NCBI GenBank assembly: GCA_043810635.1
Contig: JBDRNY010000042.1
Location: forward strand, 1 to 12,666
Length of the DNA stretch: 12,666 nt
Source: Candidatus Micrarchaeota archaeon
GTDB lineage: Archaea; Micrarchaeota; Micrarchaeia; Anstonellales; Anstonellaceae
Direction of reading: 5' to 3'
The first letter of the stretch is position 1; each line of letters begins with the position of its first letter. The position numbers and the translations under genes are program-made. Shown one piece after another: positions 1-7,358 of the stretch. The notes below the pieces were generated by a model that saw only the letters and a program-made list of their open reading frames with translations, was not told the DNA's origin and searched no databases.

Positions 1-139
1 CATATATTGTTTTTGCATGCGCAATTATCCTGCCGCTTAATATTGGCTTTTTCTTTTCATTCAGGGGGCAGTTTAAATCCGCCCTGCAAAAAACTGTTTT
101 TCCTTTCAAATCCACATTGTCTAGTGTGCTGAAATTCAT
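1..139 (-). CDS. pgk: Phosphoglycerate kinase, N-terminal part (continues beyond window start)
   Basis: Not in the ORF track. The reverse strand from ATG at 139 reads MNFSTLDNVDLKGKTVFCRADLNCPLNEKKKPILSGRIIAHAKTIY. This is the typical PGK N-terminus (tLddvdlkGKtV..R.DlN.P ... RI.ah..TI; the AH form resembles archaeal PGKs). A GGTGA SD (144-148, minus) lies 4 nt upstream, and the gene is divergent from gap. Confidence 0.92.
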   Translation of the reverse strand, partial: MNFSTLDNVDLKGKTVFCRADLNCPLNEKKKPILSGRIIAHAKTIY

Positions 140-148
140 AAATTCACC

Positions 149-181
149 AAAATTGCAATAAAAGGATTGGGTAGGATAAGA
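149..181 (+). repeat. Degenerate direct copy of the gap 5' coding sequence (matches 239-271)
   Basis: AAAATTGCAATAAAAGGATTGGGTAGGATAAGA vs AAAGTTGCAATAAACGGATTTGGAAGGATTGGA: 27/33 identical, ungapped, 90-bp offset, same frame. It translates KIAIKGLGRIR vs KVAINGFGRIG. Confidence 0.7.
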
Positions 182-235
182 TTTAATTTGTTTGGAGAGA
201 AAGCAAAAGCATAAATCAAGTTTGCAGGTGAAAAA

Positions 236-1237
236 ATGAAAGTTGCAATAAACGGATTTGGAAGGATTGGAAGGGTGGTGCTGAGAGCGGCATTGGATAT
301 GGGTGTGTTGGGGGAAAAATTTGAATTAGTTGCAATAAATGACCCCGGAGGGGCTCAAAATGCGGCCCAATTGCTGAAATATGATTCTGTGCACGGGAAA
401 TTGGAAGAAGAATTGAAAGTGGGCAAGGATTGGGTTTCTGTTGACGGGGTGAGAATTCCTATAGTGTCTGAAAGAGATCCTTTGAAATTGCCTTGGAAAG
501 AGATGGGTGTGGAAACTGTGCTGGAATGCACAGGAGTGTTTAGAAAAAGGGATGAAGCGGCAATGCATATTAGTGCTGGGGCAAAAAAAGTGCTGATTTC
601 TGCGCCGGCTAAAGACAAGGTGGATGCAACAATAATTATGGGAGTAAATGAGCAGGAATATGACAGGAAAAAGCATTCAATTATATCAATGGCTTCTTGC
701 ACCACAAACTGCCTTGCGCCTGTTGTCAAATTAATTAATGATAATTTTAAAGTAAGAGATGGATTTATGACAACAATCCATGCATATACCAATGACCAGA
801 GGGTGCTGGATACATATCACAAAGATGTGAGAAGGGCAAGGGCTGCGGGAGTGAATATTATTCCTACTTCTACAGGCGCGGCAAAAGCAATAGGGGAAGT
901 AATACCTGAAATGGCAGGAAAAATGGATGGAATTGCATTAAGAGTGCCGGTTGCATGCGGTTCGATTACAGATATGGTGTTTAATGTGGAAAAAAAAGTA
1001 GGTGTGGGGGAAGTAAATGAAGTGTTTAAGAAAGCTGCCAAGGGGAAGATGAAAGGAATATTGGAATATTCGGAAGAGCCGCTGGTATCTACTGATGTTG
1101 TTGGAAATGCGCATTCTTCAATAATTGACGGGGAGCTGACTAAAGTTATTGGAAATAGCGTGAAAGTGCTTGCATGGTATGATAATGAATGGGGCTATTC
1201 ATGCAGAATGGTAGATATGGTAACTAAAATTTTGTAG
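236..1237 (+). CDS. gap: Class I (bacterial-type) glyceraldehyde-3-phosphate dehydrogenase
   Basis: KVAINGFGRIGR dinucleotide-binding motif, catalytic ASCTTNCLAP, HAYTNDQ, RRARAA..NIIPTSTGAAKA, WYDNEWGYS. GGTGA SD at 227-231. Confidence 0.98.
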   Translation: MKVAINGFGRIGRVVLRAALDMGVLGEKFELVAINDPGGAQNAAQLLKYDSVHGKLEEELKVGKDWVSVDGVRIPIVSERDPLKLPWKEMGVETVLECTGVFRKRDEAAMHISAGAKKVLISAPAKDKVDATIIMGVNEQEYDRKKHSIISMASCTTNCLAPVVKLINDNFKVRDGFMTTIHAYTNDQRVLDTYHKDVRRARAAGVNIIPTSTGAAKAIGEVIPEMAGKMDGIALRVPVACGSITDMVFNVEKKVGVGEVNEVFKKAAKGKMKGILEYSEEPLVSTDVVGNAHSSIIDGELTKVIGNSVKVLAWYDNEWGYSCRMVDMVTKIL

Positions 1238-1241
1238 ATAG

Positions 1242-1880
1242 ATGCAGATTACGATGGAAAAATCAAAACACCCCTCCTTTGAATATGTATGGAAGACAGG
1301 GGAAAGAAAGAAGGCGGGCAGGCTGCTGCCGGCGCTAGGGCTTTTTGCCTCTCTTTCCCTGTTTTTGGTTATTCTCCTAAGGCATGGCATGGGGTTTGAT
1401 TTGCTTGAATATATTTTTCTTCTTTTTTCCATGCTTATGGGATTGAGGTTTTTGCTGCCTGCATTACAATGTGTGCGGAAAATCTTTTCAGATTTGTATG
1501 TTATAGCTGATGAGAATGGGCTGGATATTGACAGTGCGGACAGGCTTGTTATTGGATGGGAAGAGGTTGAAGAGGTGGCAAGGCTTGAATTTGATGTATG
1601 GTGGCTTGAGAATCCTCTCAATAGAATCCTCTTTGATATCAGGCATCTTGGGTTTGGGCCGGCAGTAGTTTTGGATGTGTGTGAGAGGGGGCAGTGGTAT
1701 GCGCTCAAAACAGGAAAAGGGAGGGGGTGGGATATATTCAGATGGTACAGGCCGGGCTTTTATTATTTTAAAATAGCGGAAAATAAGAAGGGGAAATTTG
1801 AAAGGGTTGTAAGGCATTTTGGAAAGTACGGGGGAAGGATGAAGAGTTTTGAAGAATTTTTAGAGTGGGCAGAAGGTTGA
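1242..1880 (+). CDS. Hypothetical membrane protein: two N-terminal TM helices plus a possible bacterial-PH-like domain
   Basis: 212-aa ORF 4 nt after the gap stop (alternative ATG at 1254). Two hydrophobic segments are followed by ADENGLDI...IGWEEVEEV, resembling the I.W.eI..V signature of bacterial PH domains. The domain call is tentative. Confidence 0.7.
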   Translation: MQITMEKSKHPSFEYVWKTGERKKAGRLLPALGLFASLSLFLVILLRHGMGFDLLEYIFLLFSMLMGLRFLLPALQCVRKIFSDLYVIADENGLDIDSADRLVIGWEEVEEVARLEFDVWWLENPLNRILFDIRHLGFGPAVVLDVCERGQWYALKTGKGRGWDIFRWYRPGFYYFKIAENKKGKFERVVRHFGKYGGRMKSFEEFLEWAEG

Positions 1881-1898
1881 GTAAAGGTTTTAATATAA

Positions 1899-2032
1899 GA
1901 CGGCCGACGTCGCAAACACGACGCCGGCAAGGCGACCAGTTTTTCTGCCATAAGGCAGAACAAAAGACGGATAGGCAAAATTAACTGCGAATGCTGGATT
2001 TATAAGAATACCTACATAGAGAACCACTGGAG
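1899..2032. ncRNA. Candidate structured non-coding RNA or palindromic element (unidentified)
   Basis: Hairpin 1903-1928 (10-bp stem, fully paired with one G-U on the minus strand) and perfect 7-bp hairpin 1943-1960. Further possible pairings are 1936-1940/2026-2030 and 1971-1977/2009-2015. No known family recognised. Confidence 0.3.
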
Positions 2033-2052
2033 GAAACAAAAATAGGTTTCTC

Positions 2053-2078
2053 TTTATAAACAATTGCAAATTATATAA
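2053..2078. promoter_or_regulatory. TATA-like boxes (TTTATAAA 2053-2060; TTATATAA 2071-2078)
   Basis: Both match the archaeal TATA consensus and are palindromic. They could serve the coiled-coil gene and/or a minus-strand transcript. Confidence 0.45.
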
Positions 2079-2117
2079 AAAAAGCAAAAACAACCACTTA
2101 GTTATGTAAGGATTTTG

Positions 2118-2753
2118 ATGGAAGAAAAAAAGAGCCCTCAGGAGAGGATGGAGCAAAAGATTAGGGATAAAAAAACCCTTATTAGGAAGCTTCGGGAAAC
2201 AAATAACTATAGTTCTCAGTTGCAAAAAGAGCTGAATGCGGCTTTTCCTAGAAATGCAGATAGAAAAACAAATCCTGCGAAAATTAAGGAAAAAATTGAC
2301 AGAATAGAATTTCAGATAGCAACTTCGGCATATACCCCTGCACAAGAGAAAGAGTTGATAAGAAAGGTGGAAGCGCTTAAGAAAGAGATGGAAAAGGCAA
2401 TGAAAAACTCGAAAGAGTGGGAGAAAGTGAGGGAAATAAGGGATAAATTAAAGGAAAAAAGGAATGAAAGGAATGGAATAAGGAAAGAGTTGGACAAAAT
2501 TAGCAAGGATTTGGATGAGATATATAAGAGCATTATTGAAAGAGGGACAAAAAGTGTTATGGAAAGGGGGGAAAGAAAGAAAAAGTGGGAGGAAGCAACA
2601 GGGAGGGCCAAACGACGCGAGGAAATAAAAAAAAGGAAAGGGGAGGAAAGGATAGAGAGGGAGAAGCAGAAAAAAGAGATGAAACCGTATATGAAAGAAA
2701 TGAATTCGTTTGTGTCGCTTGAAGATATTGCTGAAGTGAAAAAGAAGAAATAA
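2118..2753 (+). CDS. Archaeal coiled-coil protein, COG1340-like
   Basis: K/E/R-rich helical protein. IDRIEFQIATSAYTPAQEKELIRKV resembles the conserved IerLEw..qT..l..e.EkeLv motif of COG1340. ATG at 2118 preferred over the adjacent TTG at 2115. Confidence 0.75.
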   Translation: MEEKKSPQERMEQKIRDKKTLIRKLRETNNYSSQLQKELNAAFPRNADRKTNPAKIKEKIDRIEFQIATSAYTPAQEKELIRKVEALKKEMEKAMKNSKEWEKVREIRDKLKEKRNERNGIRKELDKISKDLDEIYKSIIERGTKSVMERGERKKKWEEATGRAKRREEIKKRKGEERIEREKQKKEMKPYMKEMNSFVSLEDIAEVKKKK

Positions 2754-2790
2754 CATACTCTTTTTTAGTTTGGGGGGAGAAAGCATCTTT

Positions 2791-5298
2791 ATGAGTGATA
2801 AGAGGAATCCTGAAAAAAAGAGGAGAAAAGGGATACTTATTGATGTGGATTATGTTATCAAGAATAATGAAACAAGAGTCCGCTTGCAGATGAAAGGAAA
2901 GAGTGTTTATTACCTATATGACAGATATGAACCTTACTTCTACTTAGATGCTCCAAAAAGCAAAATTCCTGAATTAATGAAAGCAGCAGCAATTCATATG
3001 GGGGAGAAAATATGCCCTGTGAGAATTGAGGAAATTGAAAAAGAGGTTGAGGGGGAGAAGAGGAAAATTTTGAAAGTGTATGGAAAACATCCCCCGCACA
3101 TTCCGCATTTGAGAGAGGCGCTCAAAAAATACCCTGCATACGAATACAACATATTGTTTGGAAGAAGGTATATGATAGACAAGGGGATTGGGCCGCTGAT
3201 GAAATTAACCTATGAAAGGAAAGGAAGGAGAATTGTTAGAATATTGAAAACAGAGGAGGCAAGCCCGAAATTTAAGATGATGAGCTTTGATATTGAAACA
3301 TATAATCCAGTGGGAATGCCAAGGGCTGAAAAAGACCCCATAATTATGATTTCTTATGCAACAGGCCCCACACTAATGGATGCGCATGTGCTTACCTACA
3401 AAGAGGTGAAAGGGAAGGAGTATGCAATAAATTGCAAAGATGAGAAGGAAATGATAGAAAAGTTTTGCGAGGTTGTGAAAAAGGAGAATCCAGAAATAAT
3501 TACGGGGTATAATTCAACCAATTTTGATTTGCCTTATTTGCAGGAAAGGGCAAAAAAAACAAAAGCAAAGCTGGCGCTTGGAAGGGATGGCTCCTCATTT
3601 ACAATAAGAAAGAGGGGGATTAGGGAGGTTGGGAAAATTAGGGGGAGGATATATATTGATTTGTATCCATTGCTAAGGTTTCTTTCATTTATAGGCGCGG
3701 TTAAATTAAGCAGGTTTACTTTGGAAATAGCATATTCTGAAATTATGGGCAGGGAAAGCAAGTGGAAAAAGGAAATGGACAGATTGAATATATGGAAAAT
3801 GTGGGATAATGGGAAATTGGCTGAATTGGCTGAATATTCAAGGATTGATGCGCAGGCAACATGGGAATTGGCAAAAAAAGTATTGCCGCTTGAATTGGAA
3901 ATGTCAAAATTAACACATGTGCCTCCCAGTGATGTGATAGGCTCCACTTCCTCACAATTGGTAGAATCCCTTCTTATTTACGAGGCATATCAAAAAGGAA
4001 TGGTTGTGCCAAACAGGGCAGGTGAGGATGAGGTAAAGAAAAGGATGGAAAATCCGATCAAAGGGGCTTTTGTAAAAACCCCGTCGCCCGGAATTTATGA
4101 AAATATTATGGTTTTTGACTTCCGTGGATTGTACCCTTCAATTATAATTTCGCATAACATAGACCCTTTCACGCTTGTAAAGGAGGGGAAGCATTGCAAG
4201 GAATTCTATACTTCCCCTACTGGGGCAAAATTTGCAAAGCATCCAAAAGGAATTGTGCCTTATGTATTGGAAAAAGTGATTACAACAAGGGCTGAGCTAA
4301 AAGACAGGCTAAAGAAATTGAAAAGGGATAGTGAGGGATATAACGCAGTATTTGCAAGGCAGCAGTCATTGAAAATATTGGCAAATTCATATTATGGATA
4401 TTTGGTATATGCAAGAAGCAGGTATTACTCGCGTGAGTGCGGGGAATCTGTTACTGCATGGGGAAGGCATTTTATTATGAAAACAGGGGAAGAGGCGCAA
4501 AAAGAGGGGTTTGAACTGTTATACCAGGATACTGATAGTGCATTTTTACTTCTTGGAAATAAAACAAAAAACGACGCGATAAATTGGATGAAAAAAATAA
4601 ATGATAATTTGCCGGGGACTATGGAATTGGAATTGGAAGCATATTATCCGAGAGGGGTATTTGTATCAAAGAAAGTGACGGGGAAGGAAGGAGTGACGGG
4701 TGCGAAAAAGAAATATGCAATGATTGACGAGAAAGGCAGGATTAAAATTAGGGGGTTTGAGCTGGTAAGAAGGGATTGGAGCGCGGTTGCAAAAGAAACG
4801 CAGAAAAAAGTGCTGGAAGCGATATTAAAAGATGGGTCTAAGGAAAAGGCGGTTAAAATTGTGAGAAAAGTGGTGGATGAAATAAAAAGCGGAAAAATGC
4901 CGCTTGAAAAAATGGTTATTGAAACGCAATTAACCAAGGAAATAAGCAAATATGAAGTAAAATCCCCGGAATTGGTTGCCGCAATTAAGGCAAATAAGAG
5001 GGGGAAAGGGGAAAAAATAGGGCAGGGAAGCATTGTAAGGTATATTATTACAAAAACCAGCAGGCCGGTTGCAGAATTGGAAAAAATTACGAGCAAGAAG
5101 GAGAGAAAAGGAAAAGCTTCCAAAACTTCTGTTTCTGACAAAGCTGAAGTTGCGGATTTTGCAAAAGATTATGATGCTGATTATTATATCGGGCACCAAA
5201 TTATACCTACAGTGTTGAAAATATTGAAAGAGCTGGGAGTAACAGAAGATGATTTGAAATTGAAAGGGAAGCAGAAAGGGCTGGGTGCATTTTTCTAA
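2791..5298 (+). CDS. polB: Family B DNA polymerase (archaeal PolB3 type), intein-free
   Basis: ExoI SFDIETY, ExoII GYNSTNFDLPYL, ExoIII YSRID, motif A DFRGLYPSII, motif B KILANSYYGY, motif C YQDTDS, KKKYA, RGFELVRRDWS, and C-terminal PIP box QKGLGAFF. ATG 2791 follows GGGGGGAG and is preferred over TTG 2770. Confidence 0.97.
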   Translation: MSDKRNPEKKRRKGILIDVDYVIKNNETRVRLQMKGKSVYYLYDRYEPYFYLDAPKSKIPELMKAAAIHMGEKICPVRIEEIEKEVEGEKRKILKVYGKHPPHIPHLREALKKYPAYEYNILFGRRYMIDKGIGPLMKLTYERKGRRIVRILKTEEASPKFKMMSFDIETYNPVGMPRAEKDPIIMISYATGPTLMDAHVLTYKEVKGKEYAINCKDEKEMIEKFCEVVKKENPEIITGYNSTNFDLPYLQERAKKTKAKLALGRDGSSFTIRKRGIREVGKIRGRIYIDLYPLLRFLSFIGAVKLSRFTLEIAYSEIMGRESKWKKEMDRLNIWKMWDNGKLAELAEYSRIDAQATWELAKKVLPLELEMSKLTHVPPSDVIGSTSSQLVESLLIYEAYQKGMVVPNRAGEDEVKKRMENPIKGAFVKTPSPGIYENIMVFDFRGLYPSIIISHNIDPFTLVKEGKHCKEFYTSPTGAKFAKHPKGIVPYVLEKVITTRAELKDRLKKLKRDSEGYNAVFARQQSLKILANSYYGYLVYARSRYYSRECGESVTAWGRHFIMKTGEEAQKEGFELLYQDTDSAFLLLGNKTKNDAINWMKKINDNLPGTMELELEAYYPRGVFVSKKVTGKEGVTGAKKKYAMIDEKGRIKIRGFELVRRDWSAVAKETQKKVLEAILKDGSKEKAVKIVRKVVDEIKSGKMPLEKMVIETQLTKEISKYEVKSPELVAAIKANKRGKGEKIGQGSIVRYIITKTSRPVAELEKITSKKERKGKASKTSVSDKAEVADFAKDYDADYYIGHQIIPTVLKILKELGVTEDDLKLKGKQKGLGAFF

Positions 5299-5305
5299 TT
5301 TTTAA

Positions 5306-6196
5306 TTATAGAAAAGAGGAAAGAAATATTACAATATTTCCAAATAATATTGAAACAATTAATCCGATTAATATGTGGGGTATGAAGGGAGGCAAATGTT
5401 TGTATACTGCAATTTTTTCTTTCATTTTCTTTATTCTTTTTAGCATGGGTGCGTCTACGAGGCGGGCAAGCATATATTTTTTCACTAATTTTTTGTTTAT
5501 TTTGTCAATTGCCAATATATCCTCTTGCTCCACTTCTTTTGCTTTTACCAATTTTGCCATTGAATCGTTTATTGCATTTTTGAATAATGTAAAGTAAAGG
5601 GAGAGGAGGACCATTATGCTTAGGAAGAGGAAGTAGGAGGAGGGGATGAACATCGATTGGGACGAGATATAGGAAAATATTCCGAATGCTAGTACAATTA
5701 GAAATGCGCCGAATAAAGATTTCTTTTCAATTTTGCCGGGGGTGGTGAGGGAATTTATTGCAATAGGAATGGAGCGGAGAAGCATGTATAGCATAAATGA
5801 GATGCCTGAGGCGAGTATTATGTCGAGTATGAATGGGAGGGTAAGCAAAAATGCTGGATACAGGAATGGGGAAATGGTTGGCTGGATTGGGAGGAGAAGG
5901 GCTATTGATGCCATTATGTAAACATCAGCCCCTCCAAGCTGGCCAAATTTGTAAAGCAGATAAAATGCAGCAAAAACTACAATGCCTGTGCCTATTCCGT
6001 AAATAGTGGCTGTTTCATTATATGCTATTAAATTAAGCAGAAATGCGGCGGCTAAAAATGCATAAAGAAATAATTCCGGCACATTTTTCTTGTTAAATAA
6101 GTCAAAATAGGTGCCGATGGCAGTGCCTGCAATGGCAAGGGATATTCTAAGTATTTCGAAGGGAAGAGATACTGAAGTGGATAGAAGCATGTCCAA
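5306..6196 (-). CDS. A24 family prepilin/prearchaellin peptidase (PibD/FlaK-like)
   Basis: Multi-TM protein with first catalytic Asp in GTYFDL..K.VP, second in LGGADV, and C-terminal PPFIPHILIG. GGTGA SD at 6203-6207 (minus) is 6 nt from the TTG start; alternative ATG at 6190. Confidence 0.88.
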   Translation of the reverse strand: MDMLLSTSVSLPFEILRISLAIAGTAIGTYFDLFNKKNVPELFLYAFLAAAFLLNLIAYNETATIYGIGTGIVVFAAFYLLYKFGQLGGADVYIMASIALLLPIQPTISPFLYPAFLLTLPFILDIILASGISFMLYMLLRSIPIAINSLTTPGKIEKKSLFGAFLIVLAFGIFSYISSQSMFIPSSYFLFLSIMVLLSLYFTLFKNAINDSMAKLVKAKEVEQEDILAIDKINKKLVKKYMLARLVDAPMLKRIKKMKEKIAVYKHLPPFIPHILIGLIVSILFGNIVIFLSSFL

Positions 6197-6228
6197 TTTG
6201 TTTCACCAAAAATAGAGAATAAAGCAGA

Positions 6229-6236
6229 ATTTAAAA
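6229..6236 (-). promoter_or_regulatory. Putative TATA box for the A24 peptidase gene
   Basis: TTTTAAAT on the minus strand, about 21 nt upstream of the GGTGA SD. Confidence 0.4.
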
Positions 6237-6242
6237 GCTGAA

Positions 6243-7307
6243 CTATCTGCGCAGGGTGGAAATAAAATCAGAATCTATTCCTATTACATCAAGCTGGGTG
6301 CATCTGCATTTTTTTCCAAGAAGGGAGGAAATGCTTGGAACGGTTCGCCCATCATCCCCGTGGATTAATTCTTTTATATAAGTGCCTGCCTCTGCCCAAA
6401 TGTCAATTTTTAATTTGCCTTCATTGCAATCAACCAATTTCATATCATATACCCGCCTATACCGCACAATATCCGCCCTTCTCCTTACTACGCGTATGGG
6501 GGTTTTTTGCTTTAGGGTGAGGGGGATTATTTTTTCCAATTTCATAAAATCATTTTTTTCCAATTTTCCCTCGCATTCGATAATCGCCCCGTAATGCTTG
6601 TCAAAATGAGAATTGCATATTGCTTCAATCCAGAAGCGGGGGCAAAATTGCAAATTTTTTGCTTCAACCGGGTAATTTTGAGAAAGTTTTTTCCCCAATA
6701 AATTTAAATTTGCATTTCTTTTCTTTGGATTGACTATTTCCAATACAAAAGGGCGGCCGGTGCCAAGAGTGGTTACGTCTATATCCTCCCTTCCACTTGC
6801 ATGCAAACAAGCATCTGCCGCACCAAAGGGAGGGGCAAATGTGCTGCGGAAAGCGGTTTCTATTGAAGGGTAGTTGAATTTTTTAAAATTGCATTTTTTG
6901 CACCCTCTTCCCTTGCATGCAGAGCATGCCCAATCGTGCTGGCAATATTCCCTTGATTTTTTTATGTAATAGCCGGATATGTAAATATTTGAGGGAATGG
7001 ATTTTGCATCATTGTTTTTGAAATCTAGCCGGAAAGTTATGTTGGCATCTGTTGGGGCATGCATTTTTTTTGTTTTTTTGGAAATGTAATTGATTGCTTT
7101 TCTGTTTACCAAATTTTTCAATGCCATGCATTTTTTTATTGGAATAGAATCCCATACAAAATCTTCCAAAGCAAGTAATTTTCTGTCAAATGCTGTTTGC
7201 ACCGAAAATGTTGAAAATTCAATTTGGGAGGATTTTGAAATTGCTTCGTCGCACAATGAAAATGTTTTTGATGCTTCCTGCTCGAGCAGTTTTTTTGCAT
7301 TATCCAT
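6243..7307 (-). CDS. pus10: tRNA pseudouridine(54/55) synthase Pus10
   Basis: Catalytic HASGREDIDV..LG.GRPFVLEI, GYYIK.SR, CxxCxGxGCxxC, QKTPIRVVRRRAD, AGTYIKELIHGDDGRT.PS, C.QLDV. Confidence 0.96.
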   Translation of the reverse strand: MDNAKKLLEQEASKTFSLCDEAISKSSQIEFSTFSVQTAFDRKLLALEDFVWDSIPIKKCMALKNLVNRKAINYISKKTKKMHAPTDANITFRLDFKNNDAKSIPSNIYISGYYIKKSREYCQHDWACSACKGRGCKKCNFKKFNYPSIETAFRSTFAPPFGAADACLHASGREDIDVTTLGTGRPFVLEIVNPKKRNANLNLLGKKLSQNYPVEAKNLQFCPRFWIEAICNSHFDKHYGAIIECEGKLEKNDFMKLEKIIPLTLKQKTPIRVVRRRADIVRYRRVYDMKLVDCNEGKLKIDIWAEAGTYIKELIHGDDGRTVPSISSLLGKKCRCTQLDVIGIDSDFISTLRR

Positions 7308-7328
7308 ATTCTTATTTGGGGAAATTGG

Positions 7329-7337
7329 TTTTAATAT
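7329..7337. promoter_or_regulatory. Putative shared TATA element of the divergent pus10/tmk pair
   Basis: TTTTAATAT at the midpoint of the 51-nt spacer, about 26 nt from both ATGs. Neither gene has an SD. Confidence 0.45.
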
Positions 7338-7358
7338 TCAACTGTATAAAACAAAAAT

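Noticed and set aside
1958..2037. RNase P RNA-like words (AACAAAAGACGG and GGAGGAAAC); also considered SRP RNA and 5S rRNA
   Set aside because: The words are in the wrong order and cannot form P4. No SRP helix-8 motif, 5S consensus or C/D boxes were seen.
2089..2097. AACAACCAC shared with 11800-11808, both intergenic
   Set aside because: A single 9-mer match is plausible by chance, and its spacing to nearby TATA boxes differs.
1890..2345. 151-aa minus-strand ORF (and 1763-1978) covering the structured spacer
   Set aside because: Both overlap real + strand genes in antisense, have no SD, and show no recognisable motif.
2791..5298. Intein in, or inactivation of, PolB
   Set aside because: Motif spacing is normal, no splice-junction motifs were seen, and the catalytic residues are intact.
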